A DNA stretch of 36,238 nt from a virus (IMGVR_UViG_3300032312_000233:1-36238); one strand, 5' to 3'. Shown: positions 1 to 6,770, numbered from the stretch's first letter. Notes: a model not told the origin generated them from the sequence alone. Numbers and translations: made by a program.

Positions 1-94
1 CGACAAAACAGTTCGAGCTAACCTACTTATTCTTGCTGAAGAAAACCCCGATGAAATACCAGCGGAAGTTGCAGATGTTATCCAATGTGCGGAC
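1..94. repeat. Terminal direct repeat, left copy (identical to 36145-36238); probable assembly overlap of a circular/permuted genome
   Basis: Exact 94-nt identity with the window end; the polymerase reading frame runs continuously across the join. Confidence 0.95.
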
Positions 95-1177
95 GACCTA
101 TGGGCGTCTAGTGTTGCAAAATTTAAGAGATTAACGGAGTTAGCCGATGAAGAAGATCACCGAGTTCGTGGGGCGTTTGTGTTCGCTGGTGGGTCAGCCA
201 CAGGCAGAGCAAGCAGCTACGGCGCCCAAGTCCACAACTTCACCCGCAAATGCGCTACGGATCCTGATGCCGTTAGACAAGCTATGGTTAGAGGCCACGC
301 AATTGTCCCTGCCTTTGGACGCCGAGTCACCGACGTCCTCAAAGGGATGCTTAGGCCAGCTTTGGTACCCGCTATGGGAAAGTCCCTCGTCGTTGCCGAT
401 TGGTCAGGAATCGAAGCTAGAGTTAACCCCTGGCTATCCAATTCCGACGCCGGTGTTCAGAAGCTATCGCTTTTTGAACGCGGAGAGGACGTCTATAGAG
501 TTAACGCTTCCGCAACCTTCCACGTCCCCGTCGCTGACGTTAACGGTGAACAGCGGCAAATTGGAAAAGTTCAAGAGTTAGCCTGTGGTTTTGCAGGTGG
601 TGTGGGCGCGTTTGCGTCAATGGGTAGGGTGTATGGCATCTTGTTACCTGAGCCACAAGCCAAGCGCATGGTGGCAGGGTGGCGCCTAGCGAACCCGTGG
701 GCTGTACCGTACTGGCAGAACCTAGAGTCAGCGTACACAAGGGCTATGCGTAATAAAAACCATGAGTTCTCTGCGGGTAGGGTAACCTATATGTACGACG
801 GTCAGCATCTTTGGTATGCTTTACCTTCTGGGCGCGTTCTCTGTTATCCGTTTGCCAAGTTAGACGCCGATGGCGTCACTTACGCCAAGGCAGCATGGAA
901 ACCCGCAGCCGATGCGAAAGAATGGCCTAGAGCAAGACTATGGAAAGGTTTAGCCTGTGAAAACATCACCCAAGCGGTTGCCAATGATCTACTTAGACAT
1001 TCTTTGCGTCAATTGGATGGTGTGGTACTACACGTCCATGATGAAATTGTGGTCGAAACAGATCGACCCGAAGCAGTAGCCCTTGAAATGGAGCGCATAA
1101 TGTGTACCCCACCTGAGTGGGCTAAAGGCATCCCGTTGGGCGTAGATATAGCAACAATGCAGCGGTACGGTAAATAA
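2..1177 (+). CDS. polA: Phage family A DNA polymerase, C-terminal polymerase domain (continues from 35354-36238; about 655 aa in total)
   Basis: Frame open from base 2. Motif A VVADWSGIEARV, motif B RQIGKVQELACGFAGG, motif C VLHVHDEIVVE. Confidence 0.95.
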   Translation, partial: DKTVRANLLILAEENPDEIPAEVADVIQCADDLWASSVAKFKRLTELADEEDHRVRGAFVFAGGSATGRASSYGAQVHNFTRKCATDPDAVRQAMVRGHAIVPAFGRRVTDVLKGMLRPALVPAMGKSLVVADWSGIEARVNPWLSNSDAGVQKLSLFERGEDVYRVNASATFHVPVADVNGEQRQIGKVQELACGFAGGVGAFASMGRVYGILLPEPQAKRMVAGWRLANPWAVPYWQNLESAYTRAMRNKNHEFSAGRVTYMYDGQHLWYALPSGRVLCYPFAKLDADGVTYAKAAWKPAADAKEWPRARLWKGLACENITQAVANDLLRHSLRQLDGVVLHVHDEIVVETDRPEAVALEMERIMCTPPEWAKGIPLGVDIATMQRYGK

Positions 1178-1205
1178 AAAAACCCCCTAGTGGTGAGCTA
1201 GGGGG
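1176..1205 (-). terminator. Intrinsic terminator facing the minus strand
   Basis: Stem CCCCCTAG / CTAGGGGG (1183-1205) with a 7-nt loop. An A7 tract at 1176-1182 gives a U tract on the minus strand; there is no U tract on plus. Confidence 0.7.
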
Positions 1206-1236
1206 ATATCCCTCACGAAAGGAATTTAATGAACTT
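1176..1236 (-). ncRNA. Putative antisense (counter-transcribed) RNA against the primase-helicase translation start
   Basis: Minus-strand extended -10 TG-A-TATATT at 1250-1242, and a minus-strand terminator at 1205-1176. The interval covers SD AAAGGA (1218-1223) and ATG (1229). Confidence 0.45.
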
Positions 1237-3529
1237 TTTAGAATATATCACGAACTTAGCCCCTGAGGGCGAAACAGCCCTGATTGTGCGTCAAAAACCA
1301 CAGTTAGACGGTAACGGGCTGATGCAGTGCCATGCCGATGGCACAATTAAATGCACTTGGCCTGCCTTTTTGCCTACCGCCAAGCTTAAGAAAGATTGGG
1401 CAATCTACGGCAATACAGGTTCGTTCATCCTTGACCGCTTTGCTGATGGCAAAGTGTCAGCGTCTGCCGCCAACTGCGAGTACGTCCTTGTAATGATGTT
1501 AGATGACATCGGCACCAAGTCCAAAGAGCCGCCTCTTGCGCCTACATGGATTATGGAAACCTCCGAAGGTTCGTACCAATGGGGCTACGCATTTAGTGAG
1601 CAACCATCCAAGGGCGACTTTACCGCAGCAATCAAAGCAATTGCCAAGGCGGGCTACACCGACCCTGGCGCTACCAACGCCGTTCGCAATTTCCGTCTGC
1701 CTGGATCTGTAAACCTGAAGCCTGGGCGCGGTAACTTTGCGTCTGTACTAACCGAGTTTCACCCTGAGCGTGAGTACACCTTGGCTGAGATATGCACCGC
1801 CCTTGATGTTGTGCCTGACCCGACCGACACCGCCCAAAACAACCCCATTCGCCTTGCTGACACAGGCAAGGACTCGGTAATGACGTGGCTCAATGAGCAG
1901 GGCTTGGTATTGTCACCGCCCAATGGTGAGGGTTGGATGGGTGTGGTTTGCCCTAACAACGGCGAGCATACCGATGGCAACATCGAAGGGCGTTACAAGC
2001 CGCTTGACCGTAGCTACTGCTGCCTGCATGGGCATTGCGTGGACTTTAGCTCGCAGATGTTCCTTGATTGGGTAGCCGACAACGGTGGCCCTGAAGTAGA
2101 TCATGGCCTCCGTGATGAGCTGATCGCTGAGAAGATGACCCTTGCGCTGTCCAAGATCACCCCTAACGAGGTGTACCGTGACACCGCAGCCGAGCTGATC
2201 GCTGAGGTTGAGCGCAAAGAGCTTGGACGGATTGAGAAGGCCGACTGGTACAACCGTTTTGCTTACATACAAGACGATGAGTCCTACTTTGATATGCAAG
2301 ACCGGCGTGAAGTTAGCCGTCAAACATTTAACGCCCTGTTCCGTCATATTCCCTGCAAGTCGATTCACACCGCCCGCAAAGTAGAAGCGTCGATCTGTTT
2401 TGATGAGAATAGGCAAGCGATGGGCGCGAAGGCGCTAGTCGGCGTTACTTACGCGGCGGGTGAGGACGTAATCGTAACCCGTGACGGTGATCTCTTTGGT
2501 AATCGTTGGCGTAATGCCCGACCAGACGTTCAGAATTTGCGTGACGGTGACATTTCCCTGTGGCTTGACCATTGCAAAGAGTTAGTGCCTGAGCCTGCCG
2601 AACTAGAGCATATCCTTGATGTGATGGCGTTTAAGGTGCAACACCCTGAGATTAAAGTTAATCACGCCATTTTGCACGCTGGCGATGAGGGCAGCGGCAA
2701 AGATACCTTTTGGGCGCCGTTTATCTGGGCAGTCTGCGGCGATCACCTAAAGAATCGCGGCATTATGGATAACAATTCTGTTAATAGTCAATGGGGTTAC
2801 CAGCTTGAATCCGAAATTTTAATTATTAACGAATTGAAAGAGCCTGATGCAGCCACTCGCCGCCAGTTGGCTAATCAATTAAAGCCCATTATCGCTGCAC
2901 CGCCTGAGATGTTGCCGATTAACCGTAAGGGGCTGCACCCTTACTACATGGCTAATCGCCTGTTCGTACTTGCTTTTAGTAACGACCCCGTACCGATTAG
3001 CCTTGCTACGCAGGATCGCCGTTGGTTTTGCGTATGGAGTACCGCGCCCCGCATGAACAGCGAACAGGCCAAAAAGATTTGGGACTGGTACAGGGGTGGC
3101 GGCTTTGGTATGATCGCCCGCTTTTTGCGTGCTAGGGATGTTTCCAAGTTCAATCCGTCTGCGCCGCCGATGTGGACTGAGTTCAAAGCGAACTTGGTAG
3201 AGCATGGTATGAGCATGGCAGAAAGTTACCTTGTGGAGATGCTTAGAAACCGCGTAGGCGATTTTGCGCGGGGCGTTATAGGCTCACCCTTTCACTCACT
3301 CTGTGATCGCTTGGCGGGGGCTGCACCTAGCGGCGTGAAAGTGCCACAAGCGGCTTTACTACACGCCCTGAAGGAAGCGGGTTGGGTTGATTGTGGGCGG
3401 CTCATGTCAAGGAATTACACCAGTAAAAAGCATATTTTCTGTGCGCCTGAGATGGCCGATACACCCAAAAGCGAACTACGGCGCATGGTAGAGGAAAACC
3501 CGCCGCCCAAAATGGTGCTAGTCAAATAA
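1229..3529 (+). CDS. Bifunctional primase-helicase (RepB-like AEP primase, Cys/His Zn module, SF3/DUF5906-type helicase)
   Basis: AEP-like motifs MLDDIG, ETSEGSYQ, FRLPG. Zn-binding CPNNGEH...CCLHGHC. Walker A GDEGSGKD, Walker B LIINE, sensor FSN. SD present. Confidence 0.85.
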   Translation: MNFLEYITNLAPEGETALIVRQKPQLDGNGLMQCHADGTIKCTWPAFLPTAKLKKDWAIYGNTGSFILDRFADGKVSASAANCEYVLVMMLDDIGTKSKEPPLAPTWIMETSEGSYQWGYAFSEQPSKGDFTAAIKAIAKAGYTDPGATNAVRNFRLPGSVNLKPGRGNFASVLTEFHPEREYTLAEICTALDVVPDPTDTAQNNPIRLADTGKDSVMTWLNEQGLVLSPPNGEGWMGVVCPNNGEHTDGNIEGRYKPLDRSYCCLHGHCVDFSSQMFLDWVADNGGPEVDHGLRDELIAEKMTLALSKITPNEVYRDTAAELIAEVERKELGRIEKADWYNRFAYIQDDESYFDMQDRREVSRQTFNALFRHIPCKSIHTARKVEASICFDENRQAMGAKALVGVTYAAGEDVIVTRDGDLFGNRWRNARPDVQNLRDGDISLWLDHCKELVPEPAELEHILDVMAFKVQHPEIKVNHAILHAGDEGSGKDTFWAPFIWAVCGDHLKNRGIMDNNSVNSQWGYQLESEILIINELKEPDAATRRQLANQLKPIIAAPPEMLPINRKGLHPYYMANRLFVLAFSNDPVPISLATQDRRWFCVWSTAPRMNSEQAKKIWDWYRGGGFGMIARFLRARDVSKFNPSAPPMWTEFKANLVEHGMSMAESYLVEMLRNRVGDFARGVIGSPFHSLCDRLAGAAPSGVKVPQAALLHALKEAGWVDCGRLMSRNYTSKKHIFCAPEMADTPKSELRRMVEENPPPKMVLVK

Positions 3530-3556
3530 AAAGAGCCGGCGTATAGCCGGCTTTTT
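3528..3556. terminator. Bidirectional intrinsic terminator between convergent transcription units
   Basis: AAAAAGAGCCGGC-GTATA-GCCGGCTTTTT, with an A tract before and a T tract after the stem. Confidence 0.85.
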
Positions 3557-3572
3557 AATTGGTGCTGATGGT

Positions 3573-3635
3573 TTATAAGTCAAATATAAGGGCTAACAAG
3601 GCCACTACGGCGATTGTAATGGCAGTGATTAGCAT
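3573..3635 (-). CDS. 20-aa hydrophobic single-TM peptide MLITAITIAVVALLALIFDL
   Basis: Read manually. The start overlaps the end of 3629-3826, a G-rich SD-like stretch lies upstream, and the ORF ends just before the terminator. Confidence 0.5.
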   Translation of the reverse strand: MLITAITIAVVALLALIFDL

Positions 3636-3826
3636 GGCTCACCCCCGCTACGCTGCCAGTCTGCTAGATCGTCGGCGGCTTGGTACGCCGCATCTGGTAC
3701 TTGTTCAACGTGGGCGGGTTGGCCGGTAACGTGCTGATAAATTAGCGCGTGTTTTAATGCGGTGGCCGCGTTATCGTGGGCGCTGATAAGCGTATTGTTT
3801 ACGCTAAAAACTTGATATGTATTCAT
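3629..3826 (-). CDS. Small hypothetical early protein (65 aa)
   Basis: SD TAAGGA upstream; tiles with neighbouring genes. Confidence 0.7.
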   Translation of the reverse strand: MNTYQVFSVNNTLISAHDNAATALKHALIYQHVTGQPAHVEQVPDAAYQAADDLADWQRSGGEPC

Positions 3827-3834
3827 TTTTATCC

Positions 3835-4008
3835 TTAATATTGATCGTCAATGGTGCAGCCGGCGTTGTTCAATTCTTCACAGATCCACGCCATAGCGGT
3901 ACAAAAATCGTCGCGCTGCTCGTCGTTTAGCTTGTCAAGGTCTACGGCCTGCCATATGGTTTCAATCCATGATTGTTCATGGGTGCGGGTGAGTGGTAAC
4001 GGGTTCAT
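3835..4008 (-). CDS. Small acidic hypothetical protein (57 aa, MNPLPLTRTHEQSWIETIWQ...)
   Basis: Read manually; ATGA overlap with the upstream gene and fills the gap exactly. Confidence 0.7.
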   Translation of the reverse strand: MNPLPLTRTHEQSWIETIWQAVDLDKLNDEQRDDFCTAMAWICEELNNAGCTIDDQY

Positions 4009-4160
4009 GCTGTAATCTCGCTTTCCACTAGTAAAAAATCATTACTTCCAACAGTCATATCGGGAATTTGATCTTTCCCTAAAAAATAGGCGTCTTCCTC
4101 ATCTTCCGCCTGTACTTCAACTTCCCAATAAATTGCGTACGTCATTTTGTAAGTTTTCAT
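4005..4160 (-). CDS. Small acidic phage protein (51 aa, MKTYKMTY...EVQAEDEEDA; DpnD/PcfM-like pattern)
   Basis: Start moved to ATG 4160 (AAGG upstream, avoids overlap with the 4174-4353 gene); carries the EVxAExEExA pattern. Confidence 0.65.
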   Translation of the reverse strand: MKTYKMTYAIYWEVEVQAEDEEDAYFLGKDQIPDMTVGSNDFLLVESEITA

Positions 4161-4173
4161 AGTTTTATGCCTT

Positions 4174-4353
4174 TTAAATTGTATGTACTGATACGCCAAA
4201 TTCAGCGCAATGCGCTGCCGCTTTACTGTCAGTTTTAGCCCATGTCAGCATCGAATCAATCATTTTTAAATCAATATGCGGCCGCGCTTGTGCTAGGTGA
4301 TGCCGCGCGATGGCGCGGGGTACTGGTCTATTATTTATGTAGTATTGAATCAT
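4174..4353 (-). CDS. Small hypothetical protein (59 aa, MIQYYINNRPVPRAIARHHL...)
   Basis: Read manually; ATGA overlap with 4350-4553 and fills the gap. Confidence 0.65.
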   Translation of the reverse strand: MIQYYINNRPVPRAIARHHLAQARPHIDLKMIDSMLTWAKTDSKAAAHCAEFGVSVHTI

Positions 4354-4553
4354 TTTTCGCTCTCAGTTGAATATTTGGATTCAGTTTGAAATTCGACGCT
4401 ATCAATTTGCCAGTCTAGTTCTGGCAGATCGTCCCAGTCATATTCCTGATCGCCCATTGTGATTAAAGCAATAGCATCTGAGCCGCTTTTGGCCTCAATA
4501 TATAATTCTTCGTAGCTGGTGCGTTTAGCTATCACGCGATATAGTTTTGTCAT
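4350..4553 (-). CDS. Small acidic phage protein (67 aa), similar pattern to 4005-4160
   Basis: YRVIAKRTSYEELYIEAKSGSDA pattern; tiles within the operon. Confidence 0.7.
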   Translation of the reverse strand: MTKLYRVIAKRTSYEELYIEAKSGSDAIALITMGDQEYDWDDLPELDWQIDSVEFQTESKYSTESEK

Positions 4554-4556
4554 GGC

Positions 4557-4751
4557 CTAAACCCTCTCTATCGTGATTTTGAATTGCGGTTTCCCATCGG
4601 TGGCACTATCCAATAGGTAGATTTTTGCATTGTTGCGATCAACATACGCGCGGTCAAATTGGTTGCAAAAATCAATCGTTTTGTGCTGCGTATTTTTAAA
4701 AAGAATGTCATAAACATCGTCGGCGATGTCTGATTCATATAAGCGTTCCAT
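4557..4751 (-). CDS. Small hypothetical protein (64 aa, MERLYESDIADD...)
   Basis: Start at 4751 follows the leader TAAGGGGCAAACC, which is duplicated before 4845. Confidence 0.7.
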   Translation of the reverse strand: MERLYESDIADDVYDILFKNTQHKTIDFCNQFDRAYVDRNNAKIYLLDSATDGKPQFKITIERV

Positions 4752-4761
4752 GGTTTGCCCC

Positions 4762-4845
4762 TTAAAAGTTAAAAGCGATAAACGCGCCGAGAATCGCGCC
4801 AAAAATGCACGCGCCGAGAATGTCGAGGTTGGTTGGTTGTTTCAT
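4762..4845 (-). CDS. 27-aa single-TM peptide MKQPTNLDILGACIFGAILGAFIAFNF
   Basis: Read manually; same strong leader TAAGGGGCAAACCATG as the next gene; stop codon abuts the next SD. Confidence 0.65.
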   Translation of the reverse strand: MKQPTNLDILGACIFGAILGAFIAFNF

Positions 4846-4855
4846 GGTTTGCCCC

Positions 4856-5176
4856 TTAATAGGTTAGGTAAACGATCGTGCCGGCGTCAGTTACGCCAGC
4901 CACCATAGTTTCATCATTTAAATGATCTAGCACGTTGGCTAGGGCGTTGCCGTCATCTTCAATATCTATTGAATAGTTGGCTGCAATGTTTTCCGGCGTA
5001 TCTTCATTCCATTCACAGCACAAGCCGATTACGTCGAGTTCATATTCTTCACCGCTATCGCGCTCAAGATCTTCAATATAGTCAAATAACAGGGCTAAAC
5101 CCTCATAAGAAAAGTTATCGGGGCGGCATTGTGCAAATTCGCGGCGAAAATCATATAGGTTTACAGTTGTTTTCAT
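4856..5176 (-). CDS. Acidic hypothetical phage protein (106 aa)
   Basis: Clean ORF with an A-rich leader; NFSYEGLxxLFDY...ELDVIGLCC resembles a pattern recurring in aquatic phages (recalled, not searched). Confidence 0.8.
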   Translation of the reverse strand: MKTTVNLYDFRREFAQCRPDNFSYEGLALLFDYIEDLERDSGEEYELDVIGLCCEWNEDTPENIAANYSIDIEDDGNALANVLDHLNDETMVAGVTDAGTIVYLTY

Positions 5177-5249
5177 TTTGTTTACTTTCGTTTAGTTTAT
5201 TAAGTGCCGCCCATTGTGCGGGGCGGCGGCGCAATCCACTACGATTCAG

Positions 5250-5897
5250 TTAAGCGGCTGCCAGCTCATGAGCTGCGGCTGCTAGATCGCTAACCAGTTC
5301 AGCAGGGAATAACGCGCCAGTAGAGCCGACGCTTTCACGTATTGGCATAACCACGCCCGCGAACCCATCCACGCAATTAAGCAACACTAAGGCCGCGCTA
5401 TCGCCATTGTGGTGCAGGCGTAGGCGGTTGCCGACGCGCAATTTGCTGCCAGCTAACAAGTTGCCGCATTTTTCAAACTGGTTTAAGTATTCAAGATTAA
5501 AACCAGCAGCTACGCCGCTTGTGCCGGCGGTTTGTATTGGGTGAACTACGCGGCGAAAATCGGGGTATTTGGAATCGCATGGGGTGAACTTAAACGCGCC
5601 ATTCCCGCAATCGATTGTCCAATGGGTTTCAGTAATTTGGGTAAACGTTAAAACACCCGCTTTTTTTGGTAGCGATTCGATGGCGTCGCGTGGAATTGTG
5701 ATTGAACCAGCACCGCGATTGTCAGGCGCGGCGGCCTGAAAAATACCTAACTTGTGGCCGTCGCAAGCGATTACGCGGGTAATTTCGCTATTCCATTCAA
5801 TGTTTAAACCGTTTAAATAGTAGCGAATATCCTTTTTACCAGCCAATAAAAGCATGGCATCAAGGGTTGATTGTGATACGTGGAATTGATTTTGCAT
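5250..5897 (-). CDS. Truncated DNA polymerase III beta-clamp (DnaN)-like protein
   Basis: DIRYYLNG, IACDGHKL, IPR, YPDFRRV, GFNLEYL and VVMPIR match E. coli DnaN DVRYYLNG, VATDGHRL, VPR, FPDYRRV, GFNVSYV and VVMPMR. Confidence 0.85.
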   Translation of the reverse strand: MQNQFHVSQSTLDAMLLLAGKKDIRYYLNGLNIEWNSEITRVIACDGHKLGIFQAAAPDNRGAGSITIPRDAIESLPKKAGVLTFTQITETHWTIDCGNGAFKFTPCDSKYPDFRRVVHPIQTAGTSGVAAGFNLEYLNQFEKCGNLLAGSKLRVGNRLRLHHNGDSAALVLLNCVDGFAGVVMPIRESVGSTGALFPAELVSDLAAAAHELAAA

Positions 5898-5926
5898 GAT
5901 GTTTTTACCTTAAATTAGTGGATTGT

Positions 5927-6067
5927 TTAGAACTCGTTTTGTAGGATAGCGGTCAGAGCTGCAACATCACCGGCGCGGATGGCAGCGATAACATTGTCAT
6001 TTTCTAGCGCGATCGCGGGGTCAATATAGTAAGCCGCGCATAAAGTATTAAACTGGTTTTGAGTCAT
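5927..6067 (-). CDS. Small hypothetical protein (46 aa, MTQNQFNTLCAAYYIDPAIALEND...), first gene of the leftward early unit
   Basis: Read manually; GAAAGG SD upstream, directly downstream of a strong promoter. Confidence 0.7.
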   Translation of the reverse strand: MTQNQFNTLCAAYYIDPAIALENDNVIAAIRAGDVAALTAILQNEF

Positions 6068-6130
6068 TTTAGTGCTGCCTTTCGTGTAGATTAGTGGATT
6101 AAAACGGCGGTTTTAGTGCCGTTATGTAAG

Positions 6131-6159
6131 ACATTAAAAGATTGCTTTACAGTTGTCAA
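6131..6159 (-). promoter_or_regulatory. Sigma70-type promoter for the leftward small-gene cluster
   Basis: TTGACA (6159-6154), 17-nt spacer, TAATGT (6136-6131); T/A-rich UP-like sequence upstream. Confidence 0.75.
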
Positions 6160-6200
6160 TAGGTTTAGTGAAATATTTTTGGGGGGTGTTGTTTTTGAGT

Positions 6201-6597
6201 GTGTCAGTTATCGGATAGCACGATGTTAGTCATGAAATCGGGCGCGGTGACTAACAGAAAAAACTATATAAAATATGGCATTTTGCTTAATGTTAGTCAT
6301 GTAGTCATTTAAAAACCCTTTATCTTAACAGCTTGTATATTTGTTGTATTTACGCCACAGATGTTATAAGCCAGCGATTCAAGTTAGTCGGCTACATGAC
6401 TAACATGACTTACAAAATCCTGCCATCGCGCCCCCGCCGCCAGTTCAAACCAAAAAACAAAATGCTATATGTCAGTCATGTTAGTCATGCAAAAACTAAT
6501 GACTGACATGACTGACATGATGGCCGCGCCCGCCGCCTTGGTGATAACGCCCGCGCATTGTGTTGCGCTTGCGTAGTCATGACTACATGACTAACAG
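6201..6597. repeat. Array of about 15 direct and inverted 8-9-mers (ATGTYAGTC / GACTRACAT); candidate replication origin or packaging region
   Basis: Copies at 6223, 6248, 6290, 6299, 6381, 6390, 6398, 6407, 6469, 6478, 6501, 6510, 6573, 6581 and 6589, in the largest non-coding gap. Confidence 0.85.
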
Positions 6598-6735
6598 GCC
6601 GCGCCCGTTAGCTACTAGCTCACGCCATGAGCTACTAGGGTAAACCCTAAAGCTGAGGGCATGGGGGGTAGGGCCTTGGCGCCTGGTCATGTGTCAGGGT
6701 AGGTTTCGCGAACAATTTTTATTTTTTTAGCAAAT

Positions 6736-6763
6736 TTGCAAACAGCCTTAGTTTTGATACACT
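6736..6763 (+). promoter_or_regulatory. Promoter for the packaging/late unit, probably giving a leaderless terS mRNA
   Basis: TTGCAA, 16-nt spacer, TG-A-TACACT. The -10 ends 7 nt before ATG 6771 and there is no SD. Confidence 0.6.
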
Positions 6764-6770
6764 CACGCTT

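Noticed and set aside
147-581. 144-aa alternative-frame ORF over the polymerase gene
   Set aside because: It lies wholly inside a motif-bearing gene and has a Ser/Pro-rich shadow composition. The other antisense or out-of-frame track ORFs within primase, TerL, portal, coat and ejection genes were rejected for the same reason.
179-1177. Apparent N-terminally truncated or split polymerase
   Set aside because: This is an artefact of the linearisation point; the frame is continuous from 35354 through the terminal repeat.
6201-6597. Possible CRISPR or mini-array
   Set aside because: The repeats are only 8-9 nt, occur in both orientations, have irregular spacing, and there are no cas genes.
6655-6700. 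G-quadruplex upstream of terS
   Set aside because: Only three well-separated G3+ runs lie close together; the fourth is more than 20 nt away, so support is weak.
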